Shown here piece by piece: positions 35,196 through 47,849 of a stretch of DNA of 64,000 nt; positions within the stretch are counted from its first letter, which is position 1, and each line of letters starts with the position of its first letter. The position numbers and the translations under genes are program-made. This stretch comes from Lama glama (lineage: Eukaryota): contig CM052817.1 of assembly GCA_028534125.1 (NCBI GenBank), forward strand, positions 66,218,001 through 66,282,000, read 5' to 3'. The notes beneath the pieces are model-generated. The model made no database searches and was not told the origin of the DNA. It was given only the letters and a program-made list of their open reading frames with translations.

Positions 35196-36368
35196 TTTAT
35201 TTATTATTTTATATTGAGTTATAGTCAGTTTACAATGTTGTGTCAATTTCCAGTGTAGAGCACAATTTTTCAGTTATACATGAACATGTGTATATTCATT
35301 GTCACGTTCTTTTTCACTGTGAGCTACCACAAGATCTTGTATATATTTCCCTGTGATATACAGTATTGTCTTGTTTATCTATTCTACATATGCCTGTCAG
35401 TATCTACAAATTTCGAACTCCCAGTCTGCCCCTCCCCTCCCCCAGCAACCACAAGTTTGCATTCTATATCTCTGAGTCTGTTTCTGTTTGTATTTTATGT
35501 TCCTTTTTTTATTTAGATAACCACATATGAGAGATCTCATATGGTATTTTTCTTTCTCTGTCTGGCCTGTTTCACTTAGAATGACATTTTCCAGGAGCAT
35601 CCATGTTTCTGCAGGTGGCTTTATTTTATTCTTTTTTATGCCTGAGTAGTATTCCATTGTGTAAATATACTACATCTTCTTTATCCAGTCATCTGTTGAT
35701 GGATATTTAGGCTGTTTCCATGTCTTGGCTATTATAAATAGTGCTGCTATGAACATTGGGATGCAGGTGTCTTTTTGAAGTAGGGTTCCTTCTGGATATA
35801 TGCCCAGGAGCAGGATTCCTGGGTCATATGGTAAGTCTATTCCTAGTCTTTTGAGGAATCTCCATACTGTTTTCCACAGTGGCTGTACCAAACTACATTC
35901 CCACCAGCAGTGTAGGAGGATTCCCTTTTCTCCACAGCCTCTCCAGCATTTATCATTTGTGGACTTTTGAATGATAGCTATTCTGACTGGTGTGAGGTGA
36001 TACCTCATTGTAGTTTTGATTTGCATTTTTCTGATAATTAGTGATATTGAGCATTTTTTCATGTGCCTATTGATCATTTGTATTTCTTCCTTGGAGAGTT
36101 GCTTGTTTAGGTCTTCTGCCCATTTATGGATTGGGTTGCTTGTTTTTTTCTTATTACGTCATATGAGTTGCTTAAATATTCTGGAGATCAAGTCTTTGTC
36201 AGTTTCATGTTTTGCAAAAATGTTCTCCCATTCTGTAGGTTGTCGTTTTGCTTATGGTTTCCTTTGCTGTGCAGAAGCTTGTAAGTTTACTTAGGTCCCA
36301 TTTGTTTATTCTTGCTTTTATTTCTATTGCTTGGGTAGACTGCCCTAGGAGAACATTTTTGAGATGTA
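35196..36368 (-). mobile_element. Young 5'-truncated L1 (ORF2 C-terminus plus 3' UTR) with 15-bp TSD
   Basis: TSD CACCTTAAACTTTTA at 35181-35195 and 36369-36383; ORF 35670-36077 encodes MRYHLTPVR...[24 protein letters not shown], the L1 ORF2 cysteine-rich domain. Confidence 0.95.
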
Positions 36369-39300
36369 CACCTTAAACTTTTAAATTACTGCCATTTTGA
36401 GAGAGGGTGGAGGTAAACAAGTATGTTTAAACTGTGTGATTTATCTGGGAATTTCTGCCATAATGTTTAATTACTAATTATTACGTTCATAGAAAGTGTT
36501 TTGATTTTGAGTTCAAGTTTTATTTCAAATCACCTAATTAAATTCTCTTTATAAAAATATTTTTAGCTAATTATCTTGGATTTCCTAGATCGATAATTAT
36601 TTTTCTCTTTTATAAATTTGAAAAAAGTTCTTATTTCATTCACTAGTGCTTATAAAATCATTTATAGGTAATTTTATCTAATTATTTTTTATCTCACTTT
36701 GTCAGCTAATACTTTAAACTTATTTAAAAATTATTTTAGCTTATTTCTTGGACATTTTCAGTAGGTCATAATTTGACTACTTCAAATTTGAAAGTTTTTC
36801 TTGTTTAACTACACTATCATTTTCAACAAATATTAAATGAAAGTGTGAGCATTCTTTTAGTATTCCTAAACTTACTGATAATAGCCATTAATTTCTTTTT
36901 TCCTCATGTGTACAGTTTGGTGGTGGTTTTTACATACATATCCTAAGTTGTGTTAATAAATATTCTTCTATCCTTAGATTAAGTCTACTTTTTCTAACTT
37001 TGGAAAATTAATAATTTTAAGTCCCCTTAATATTTAATTTTTTCAAATTCCACATTAGTGTTTACTATCTTAATCATGTAATTAATCTTCTTTATTCAGT
37101 AAAGCCTTATTTAGTAGGTTCTAGTCTTGAATAATATTTATTTCTCAATTTCTTTTCTAGTTAAAGTGTCTAGATTGCTCTGTTAAACCAAATGGTTTAG
37201 CTAAATTGCTATTTTTGTTGCATGATTTTTAAAAAATTTTACAGAGAGTTTAAAATTTTCCAGTAAACCCTAAGGTTACTCCCTGAAACGTACTGCTTTC
37301 TCAAAAAGAAAAGTTTTAAATCTCCTTACTGTGTCCCCTTTTCTTTTGGTTCCCTCGGCAATGATATATTTCTTGAATTTTGTGATATGAATAGCACCTT
37401 GTCTATTTTCCAGTGCTGGTGCCTTATATCTTATTTATATATTCCTTTTATCATTTTAGTCAGAATCCTGGAACAATCAAGTGTAGTTACTTGTGTTTAA
37501 ATACTATTTATGCCAAATTTGGGTTATAAAATCTTTTTACACTACATTTATTTCTGTAATCTACCTTAAATCCTCTTGAAGAATATAAGTATATGCATTT
37601 TCAAAAAGCTAGAAAATTACATTAGAGATTTAAGAAACAGTCATACTGATCTTAAGAATTGTAATAACTGTATGTTTCACAAGAAAGTGGAAAATGGCAG
37701 ATGATATTTATCTATTATCAATATTCTAATAAATATTCTCAAATTTCTGTTGACTTTCTGGACAACAGGTCAATAAAAATGCATACAGTTTTTATACAAT
37801 GTGTAGTTCTCCAGCTAAGTGTTTTTTCATCTTCACTGTAGTCCTATGAATGACACTATGAAAGCGACATCATAAACATTAGAAAAAAATTTTAATGACT
37901 TGAAAATACCATTCCTTTCTTAGAAGGTTCTTATTCTATCACATATCCTAATACTCTTTTATGCGCAAAGGCCTTTTTTCCTGAGGAAAAATTATGGCTA
38001 GCCTAATGTCTTTTTAAAAAATTAAGATATATTACAGCTGACTTGCTACTGTTTCTTACCTGGAGCCACCTGAGTGAGGGCATGGCAAATAGAGAATTTT
38101 GGCAGAGAATTAGAGAAGTTTGCAGTTTTGTTAAAAATTTATTTTCCCCCCTAAATTAAACGCATGACTACTGAGCAGCTCTACAGTATTTTCTACATTT
38201 TTCTTATTTCAAAATAGGTTGGTCATCAGAGGAATGTAAAAGATACGCATCAGACATACATACTTATTTCTACTCAATATATCCCTGGTAGATGAACACA
38301 CAGATAATCAACAATTGAGGTGCAGGAATTATAAGCAAAAAAATCAAAAAAACTCTGTCCCTCTTTAGTCATAAGCAAGTGTTCATGTTGGGTTGGTGTG
38401 CTAGGAACCAGTGGACAGCTCTAGAGTCTGACAGTTGTCCAGTAGGGCACCTTTTTATGATTCATTCTGCTTTTGCCTATGGTAGCTTCTGTCTCTAGGC
38501 TCTCTTTATTTTCTGTGAATTGCTCAAATGAGAAAATAGATAGGACATAGGGAGGATAGAAAAAGAAAACACACAGGTCAGAAACTGCTTTGTTCTACCT
38601 GCATTCTCCCTCAATGAGGAAATACATTCACCAGACTTCTTTAAATAGAAACATTCAGTCTGAAGCATTCATTTTCTTTTCATTTCCTTCTTTGTATCTT
38701 TTTCTTCTTTTGCATGTTGTGCTGGTGAGTTTCCATGTCAGGTAGGATTTAGGGCTGGCCTCAGAAACATACAGGCAGTGAAGAGAGTGCAAGTTAACCT
38801 AGTGTTTCTGAGGAGGTTTTGGAATATCTTGTCGTGTTACAGAAGGCATAGAGGAGCCAGTGAGCACTAAGTACTCTCCTGAATTTGGTGAAACTTTCAC
38901 TGCACAGAGCAGGATACTTTGACCACTCCAAATCTCATGTTCTCAAAGTGCTAGTGTAACCTCAGCTTTGAAGATACAGTGTGATCAACAATATGTTAAA
39001 TTAGTAAACTGCTTTCTAGATTAAAAATGCACATGTCTATGCAGTCTCTTCCAACCTTGCATAAAACTAAAAAAAAAAGGCAAAATCTGACATTCATTAT
39101 ACTGAAAGGTACAAACAACAGACAGTTTATTGAAAACTATGGAAATCTTCCATTTCTATATGGCAGATAGAACTAAGTTTTAAAAGCCCAAATTTGGCTT
39201 GACATCATAGCACAGTTAGATTTTGCCTTGCTACTTAAGAAAAAAAGCAGAAAGATAATTTATGACTTTCCCACTATGTCAGTGGACTCAGAAATTCAAG

Positions 39301-40019
39301 GTCTGTGCCAACCAAAGGAATGTATTATTTTTCCTCTACCTTACTACTTTGATCTGTACGATATAAATAACTTTTTTTTTGTCTCTGCCTCTTGTTTTTT
39401 TCCACCTTCCTTTTCACTGCTAACACTGACATCACCATCCAGAGATAGCGACTTTCAGAAAACAATCAGGTAGGAAATAGTTGGAGACTTACGATAGCAG
39501 GTTATGTTCCCAGCAAAATCAATGAAAATAAATCTATACTTAGATTCACCTTGGGAAGCATTTAAACAACAAAGATAAAGAAAAAATACCATAAAATACC
39601 TAAGTAAACAAAACAAAATCGACAAAGTTACCTACAGAGGAATAAAACTGAAGCTGTTTTTTTTTTCCTTGCCAACAAAAGGTGCTAGACAGTTGTGACA
39701 GAGAATTTACAACCAATATCCATGTTTTCTGAATGTTTCCCAGACTCCTTATAGTTAGGAGTAAACATGTATTTGGGCTCCAATGGAAGTGACAGATGTC
39801 ATGTCTGTGCTGAAAATTTTACAAGGTTGATTTCATTTCACAAAGGGTCCAATAGGCCCACAGACCCTCCTTATGGCTATCTTCTCAGATCCTGAGTGCA
39901 GAGTTGGGATAAACACTCCTGGCCACTGAACAACCTCCACATTGCCTCCCTATGTGTGAAGGTGGGACAAGGGAAACCCTCGGAGCTGCCCCTTACCTCC
40001 AAAACAGTAAAACAAAAGG

Positions 40020-40307
40020 ATATCATATCCCTTGGGGCCATTTTGATGATTTCTTCACAAGTCAGACTAGGCAGAGTGAGGATGAGAGCAGAAGCTTCAA
40101 GGCCTCTGGAGGCGTAGATTTCGGAGTCTTACAGCATCACTTCCACTGTATTCTTTTGATCAATGCAAGTTACACAGCCAGTTCAGATTTGAGGGCTGGA
40201 GAAATACATGCTCCTTCACGTGAAGAATGGCCACATCCTCTTGCCAAGAAGTGTCATAGAGGAATGTGATGAACTATTGCATCTGTGTTTGCAAGAAACC
40301 TACCACA
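40020..40307 (-). mobile_element. MLT1 (G/H-like) LTR fragment
   Basis: CAGCATCACTTCCACTGTATTCT...GCAAGTTACACAGCCAG..CAGATT...CTACCACA. Confidence 0.65.
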
Positions 40308-42413
40308 TCATAGGAATTGGCAAGATGATGAAAAGCATGTCATTTTCACTTGACATGAACAGAAGTGCACCTTCATTGTTTCACCTCAAGGTGATGTCTT
40401 CTCACATCTCTTTACTCATGTAGTCTAGTGGGATGTTAATTGTTGGGAAGGGCAGTCTCATGTGCTGTCATTTGACCCCCACTCAATCATGTAAAAATGG
40501 GCTTTTGGCTTGGAACACTTCCTCCTAGGGGAAAAATAGTCTATACAGCCTGTGCCAAGCTTTTCATCTATATAAGAATATTCTCCCCTGTTTCAGGCTC
40601 GCAGAATGCACTTTTGTCTTTGCTTGAAGTCTGTAGTCTGTGCTTTGTATGGCACCTGGTCAAGCCCACTGTTCTATCCATCCACCACTGGGAGGGAACC
40701 GGATTTTTCTACTATGACACAAGAAGGGTGCAGTAGGCAAAGTGCCCTGCATTGGCCCTGCTGGCCACAGGGGACTAGTGCCCACTGTAGAAGGTGGTGT
40801 TGCACTGTCTGTTCTGTGTAAGTAAAGCATTGTTCCACCCAGTGCTTGATTGTGTTCTTCTTGGTAATTTTGATACCAAGATGCAATGGGCAGAAGTATT
40901 TAGAATCCTTCCCTGGGATTGGTAACCAATGGGAGGGAAGGAGAAGCCACCACGTTTACTGGGCGTGGAAGCAGTTGCCCAATGTGTGAAGTGAAGGAAG
41001 AGATTATCAAGTCTAACTGCTGTTTCCTAAACTGACTTTAAGACAATTCTCCATTTTAACTCCACCTTCGACCTCACCTCCTGAGCTACCCTAGCTGCCA
41101 TTCTTAAGTCTTCTGGGGGATTAGCAGCAAATGTCATGATATCAGCATTTCTGTTTCCCCCACTGCCCATGGAGGATTCAGTTTATTTAGGATCGCTGTG
41201 TCAGTTACCACTGTCCCCAGCTTCCGACGTGCCATTGCTACTCTCCTGATCCTGTTGCCTATGTGAGTGGAACCTCCTGCCCTCCTTTTTATCCCTTCAC
41301 TCTATTTATTTGTTATGATGGAGGGTGAAGTGTAGACTGGGAGGGGAATTCAATGGTAATTCATAAGTTCAGTTGGCCATCTCTAGCCAGAGGAGCCCTG
41401 TTACTCTATTGAATCTTTCTTTCTTTATGTTTTTTGCTTTTAAAAACTGTCTTTAGATTCTGGATATTAATCTTTTCTTTAGTATAAATAGACAGCTGTA
41501 ATTCAGGATTTCTATAATTGAAGGAGGGAGGAATGGAAATTAGTGGACAACTAGCTGTCACTGCCAGACTCTGCTCCATGGGTTCCTGTCCTTCTTTCCA
41601 CACCTAGAACATACTCCAGTCTCCCTGAAATAAAAATCTGGAAGTCCTTTACTTTGGCTGTGTCCACATTAAAGTATTGCTCCCTGCGGCCCTGTGACTT
41701 CTGACCTGATTGATGTGTTATCTATGGCCCTCCTAACACCCTCTCTGCACTGGTGAGTTTGAGCTAGTTAACTTAAAATAGGTCTTCTGTGGAAGAAGGA
41801 AGAGCAGGGAGCACACAGCAGTTACTGGACCACAGCTGTAGAGAATTCTTGCTGGGAAGGACTTCGTCTGACTCCCTGCTCTGATCATGGAGAAATTTCT
41901 TGCTTTAGACATTGATTCTGCTCCCTGGGCAGAACTCCCTAAGTCCATTATTCAGTGTGGCCTCTGGATGTGCCCTCTGAGGGCAAACATTACTTCACTT
42001 TCTTTTGTAGCCACATCAGAAGTAGGACTAGAAGTTGAACAGTTTTCACCCCCTGCATGCTGCTGACTTGGTTTGGCTCTCAGGGGACTATTTCAGGGGA
42101 TGAAACAGTCACATGCTTTTGAGGGTCAGGTATACGATTTTTTTGTAATATAATTGCCTTCTCTGACTTAGAAAGGTCCTGGTTTATATGGTCAAAGATG
42201 CCCTTTAGAAAAATTAAGGCCTCCAGCTTTCCTCTTTTATTATATCAAGCCTTTTGCCTGATCCATCTTTTTTTACCTCAATTTTATTCTGGCTTCCTTG
42301 ATGCTATGTGAAAACTTAGGCTTCAGTGGGAAAAAAACACAGTGGATTTTTAATGCTGGCTTACCTCCCATTGCCTCTCATTGTCTAGCAGAAAACTCTT
42401 AATTTGAGGTTCT

Positions 42414-42893
42414 TTTTTTTTTTTAATGATACAATAGAAACATGTATTTTTTTTAAAAAATTATAGTTGATATATAATATTATGTTAGTTTCACGTGAAC
42501 AACATAGTGAATTGATATTGAAGTCTAGTAACGTCTGTCACCATACAAAGTTTTTATGGTATTATTGAACTATATTCCTTATATTATACATTATATCCCT
42601 ATGATTTATTCATTGTATAACTAGAGTTTTGTACCTCTTAATCCCCTGCATCTGTTTCACCCAGGTCCACACCCTTTTCCCCTCTGGCAACCACCAGTTT
42701 GTTCTCTGTATCTCTAAGTCTATTTCTGTTTTGTTTTGTTTGTTCATTTTTTTATATTCCGCATATGAGTAAAATCATATATCATTTATCTTGCTCTGTC
42801 TGACCTATTTCACTTAGCATAATACCCTCTAGATCCATCCACGTTGTTGGAAGTGGCAAGGTTTCATTCTTCTTTATGGCTGAATAGTATTCT

Positions 42894-42932
<39 letters not shown>

Positions 42933-43600
42933 ACATACATACATACCACATCTTTTTTATTCATCCATCTGTTGATGGGCACCTAGGTTGTTTCCATATC
43001 TTGGCTATTGTAAATAATGCTGCAGTGAACATAGGGGTGCATATATCTTTTTGAATTTGTGTTTTTGTTTTCTTCAGAAAAGTTGTGGAAAGAAGTGGAA
43101 TTGCTGGGTTGTATGGTAATTCTTTTTTTAAGTTTTTAAGGAACCTCCATATTGTTTTCCACAGTGACTGCATCATTTTACATTCCTACCAATAGTGCAC
43201 AATTGTTGCCTTTTCTCCACTTTCTCAGGAACTCTTGTTATTTGCTGTGTTTTTAATGATAGCCATTCTGACAGGTGTGTGGTGGTATCTCATCATGATC
43301 TTGATTCACATTTCCGTGATGATTAGCGAGATTGAACTTTTCATGTGTCTGTTGTCCATTTGTAAGTCTTGGGTCTGACTGAGAATATGGGGCCCAGCCA
43401 GACTGCACCTCTGTCCTTCCCACTAGTCTCAGTGTGGTTTTTTCTTTTTATTCTTAGTTGTGGACAGTTTTCTCTGCTGTTCTTCAGGTCATTCTCAGAC
43501 ATAGTTGCTGTAGGTGTCTTTGTAGTTCTGTGCTTCTGTGTTTGTGGGAGAAGGCAAGCCCAGGATCTCCCCACTCTGCCATCTTGTCCCCCTCCTTCAG
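42414..43600 (-). mobile_element. L1 (L1MA9-like) retaining both termini but lacking most of its interior
   Basis: 5' terminus GGAGGGGGACAAGATGGCAGAG on the - strand at ~43595; ORF2 C-terminal peptides (ORFs 42961-43176 and 42782-42982); 3' UTR and poly(A); TSD TTAATTTGAGGTTCT 42399-42413 / TTAATTTGACATTCT 43601-43615. Confidence 0.8.
42898..42930. repeat. (CA)16 microsatellite inside L1
   Basis: Directly visible. Confidence 0.95.
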
Positions 43601-43914
43601 TTAATTTGACATTCTGAAGACTGAGACTTTTCCTCCTACTATGCCTTTTTTTTTTTCAGAGCCACTTTTTATAATTAACCTGAGTAGGAATTTATTGTAA
43701 GTATTAAGGAGCTTCCAACACACACAAATAAGTTCTGCTAAAATTATGGAACTCTGTGGGCATATAGCCCACCTTGGAAGATGACAGTTTGTCATAGCAC
43801 AATAAATATTGTCACCTTCCCATCATTCAGTATCTTTGCCATCACTATCTACAAATCAATAGCTAATCTGTTGTTCTTAGGTTTATACTTTGACATCAGT
43901 GTACTTTCAGGTAC

Positions 43915-44307
43915 TTATTTTGTGCTACTTAGGATAGTGGCTGAGTAGTAATAAGTAAGACAGCCTGAAATACAGTGGCTTATACATGGGACTTGGGGGT
44001 GGCAGAGCTGACGACAGCTGAGCTGCTCACCTCAGGACTACTACAATGCTGGATCTGAAGTTGTTATCTTCTTCCAGCCAGTGGAGTACATAAACATTGA
44101 AAGCCTTGATTAGTATATGACAATAATCTTTATTTTCATTCCATTAACCAGAACTTAGTTGCATGTACCCATCAACTTGCAGGGAAGACTTTGGAAATGT
44201 AGTGTCCAGTTGGACATCCATCTACCCAGTAAAACTAAAGATTAAAAAAAATTATTATTAAAGAAGGGGAGTATGGCTCTTTGTGACAAGTAGCAGTCTC
44301 TGCCAAA
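43915..44307 (-). mobile_element. MLT1J-like MaLR LTR
   Basis: AAATACAGTGGCTTA...CATTCCATTAACCAGAACTTAGT...GGAAATGTAGT...TAGCAGTCTCTGCCA. Confidence 0.6.
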
Positions 44308-45891
44308 TGGAGGCCAGTTGTTGCATATCACCACTGCCCTTCTTCTGCCCTTCTTACTCATTACTTTTTGGGAAGCAACTTCAGTAATGGTGATTTAGGG
44401 ATGAACTGGACATGCACAGTTTTGTCCTTCTGTTCACTTTTTCATTACTGCCCTTTCTGTAGAGATGGCGTGTGCTCAGTTGCTCATGGATATGTGATGA
44501 ACTTCGTGGTAAAGAACCTGCCCTTACAGGGCAAGCCTGAAGTGTCTAATGAGACTGGTGATTTAGTGCTCATGTCTATTATCAGAATGCACTAGCCTAT
44601 GTGTCCACAGAAAAAAGCCATTTCCTCTAATATCAGCTTTGCTAATTTAGTCTCATGTATTTGACTCTTTTTCTGTCCCTGAATTGGTTCAGAACATGGA
44701 TAGAGAAGAGAGGTGCTGTTAACTGGGCAATCTCATGCCAAGTTGGTCCAAAGAGAGCAGAGCTTCAATATTCCCATGACTCATACCATTAAATAATAAT
44801 AATATTATCAGTAAATAATAAATATAATAAAATAGTATTATTATATTATTAAATCATAATATTATTATTTCACTAGACTGTATTATCCTTCAAGGTAAAA
44901 TCACTCCCTTATTCTTGATTACCTTTTTTATTGAATTCTATTTTGTTTTGTGCCACTCTTTTTTTTTTATCTTAGCATTTTCATGGTTTATCCATTTATT
45001 TAAAATTTTTCTTTGTCATGTTGCTCTACATAAATCCCTTATAAATTATATAAAAATAGATTTCCCCCCAATTGACATGTGCTTATTGACTTGCCTAAAT
45101 TATTAATGTCATAATTTTTATGTTTACTTTTGCTTGATATTTTTCCCCCTCTCTATTATTTCTATTTAACCCTGGAATCTTTTAGGTTTCTGCTTTATTT
45201 CTACTTTAAAATTTAACTTAAAAATATTTGACATTGTATTGTATAACATATAAAAATGCACAAGTCATATTTTACTACTCAGTGATGTTTTTACAAAATG
45301 AGTTACTGCTTACAGCTGTATAACCAGCACATAGATCAGAAAACAGAATGTTATCCCAGAAGCCGTCCTCATACCTTATGACAATTGCTATCCACCTGTA
45401 CCCCTAAAATACAATGACTGTTGACTCATGACACATCTGTGTTTTTTGTGACTTGATAGTTCATTGCTTTTCATTGCACATTGCCTGACTTATAAAACAT
45501 TTTTGTTGATCTTTGTGGATGTATATTTATATTCATTGTGGTTCTAATGAACATTTCCTTGATGACATGGATGAAGTTTTTATGGATTACATTAAATGAA
45601 GTTTATAATTCTGTTTCATATGTTAATAGACCATGGAGTTTTGTTTGTTTATGAAATAGCTATTTATATCTTTGCTCATTTTTTCTCAGATTTTTTGTCA
45701 TTTCCATATTGATTCATTGATGTTCTTTATGTATTTTGAATAGTAATCTTTTGTCAGTTATATGTATAAGATATTTTTTCCAATTTTTAGCTTTTTTTCT
45801 AGTCTGTTTATGATGTTTTTAGATAAGCAAAAATTCTTAAATTTAATGTGATTGAATTTTTCAGCCTTGCCCTATATGATGTCCACTTTTC

Positions 45892-46270
45892 TGTGGACTG
45901 AATTGTGTCTCCCCTACTTCAAATTCATATGTTGGGGCCCCAATTCTCAATATGATGATATTTAGTGAGGGTACTTTGGGAATAATGTTATTGCTTAGAT
46001 GAGGTCACAAGGGTGGGGCCCTAATGATGGGACTAGTGCCTTTATAGGAAGAGACACCAGAGAGTTTCTGGTTTCTGTCTCTCTCTCTCTGTTATGTGAG
46101 GCCGCAGCAAGAATGCTGTCTGTCTACAAGCCAGGAAGAGAGTCCTCACCAAAACCTGACCATGATAGTCCCCTAATCTTGGACTTGCAGCCTCCAGAAC
46201 TGTGAAAAAATTAATTTTTTTATTTAAGCCACCCAGTCTATCGTTACGGCAGCCTGAGCAGACTGATACA
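45892..46270 (+). mobile_element. MLT1A-like MaLR solo LTR inserted in old L1
   Basis: TGTGGACTGAATTGTGTC..AAATTCATATGTTG...GGGTGGGGCCCTAATGATGGGACTAGTGCC...CAGCCTCCAGAACTGTGA...GACTGATACA. Confidence 0.85.
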
Positions 46271-47849
46271 ACTTTCTAAAGGAAATCTTGCTAAATAATC
46301 TTCCATATCCTAAATTCATACAGAGAATCACCAATATTTTCTTCTAAGTATTATGGATTTTTTAATGTAAATTAAGCTGAAGAAATCTAGGAGTTTTAAG
46401 CTCCAAAGGATAATGGTAGCAACCTACATTGATATTACCTGAAACCTCCTACTAAAACCCACGTATAGTAAAAGGAGAGCAAATTAAAACTCTCACAACT
46501 TACTTGACAGTGTAACTGGGAAACCGAGAAGACTATAAACTCCAATTTGCATGTAATTTGAGAAAAACACACAAGACAGACAGAGTTGTTGCCAGGACCC
46601 CTAATATTGCATAGAACCCAGAAAACAATTGTACAGTAAATTGTGAAGTACAGAGGCATGCTGCAGTGACAGAGGCCACATAACACCAGTGCGTGTAAGA
46701 GCTTACTTTCAGAAGGGGAGTCCAATCGTAAGGGAACTGCTGAAAGCAAAAGTGAGACAGTGTAGTTCAGAGAACTTACAATGGAGGCGTTGAATGGAAC
46801 TGGCTTCAAAGTGCATGGAACTGGAATAGGTAGTCCTAAGAAGGTACCAATTCTTGGATATAAAAAGAGAAGTAACCTGAAAGTTGAAGGTGTTCATTGA
46901 AAGCAGTAGTCAGTAATCACCGATAGGAATGAAGAACCAGAGAAAGGCTGACCACAAAAATGTACCATATAATGAAACAACTTCCCTTTGTTGTACTAAC
47001 AAAAAAGGGAAACCTCAAGCTAAGGAACCAGAAAAGCTCCTTCAGTCACCTCCTGTACCTCTCTCCACAGAATCCTCTTCTGACTAAAATGCTGGGAATA
47101 TCTGACATCTTTAAAAATAAAAAAAGAACAAACCGAAACTAATGTGCAAATCCAGATATGCTTTTCTTGATAAATCTGCCGGAGTGATAATTTGGGAAAC
47201 TTTGATGAAAGAACTGGTGTTCAACATTGAATTTATAATTAATGGTCTAAAACAATTATTGGCAAATTGTGTGAAAAACAGTATGTTAGTATTATATGCT
47301 CTGATAGTGTGACAATAACAACTTAGGAAGAAAAGAGAGAAGAAAGAGATGAAGGAGAAAAGCATGATAAGATAATTGATTGCCTCATAGGTAAAAATTG
47401 GACATCAATAGGTGTAACTTAAAACTGACAATTGAACAGAAGAAGCCTAAGCATATTTCAGAGTGCAAAAATAGTAATCAAAACATAATATTATTGTTTC
47501 AAATGGGATGTTTGTTGTTAGGTGATGGGCAAAGGGAAGGTAAGTAATAGAAAAAGTTTGTAAGCTAATTTGTTGCTCCTAGTAAGGAACTAATGAATAC
47601 TGTGTGAAGAAAAATGAGGCTAAGAGCATTGTATAAAGATATAGCTATAAAAATACTTTTTCATTATGCATTCTTAGTGAGACATAGTCTAAGAACAAAA
47701 AATAAAACTTTTCAACTTTTAAAAATAGTTTTATTTGTAGTAATATTTGTATTGTTTTTTTGAAATTACATATTTTGTAGGATAAGGCAAGAAAGTAGTT
47801 ATGTGGATATCATTACAAAATAAATAAAACAAAAATTTTTGGTATAAAA

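Noticed and set aside
35670..36077. 135-aa ORF with a Cys-rich motif as a host gene
   Set aside because: It is the L1 ORF2 C-terminus in a 5'-truncated TSD-flanked insertion
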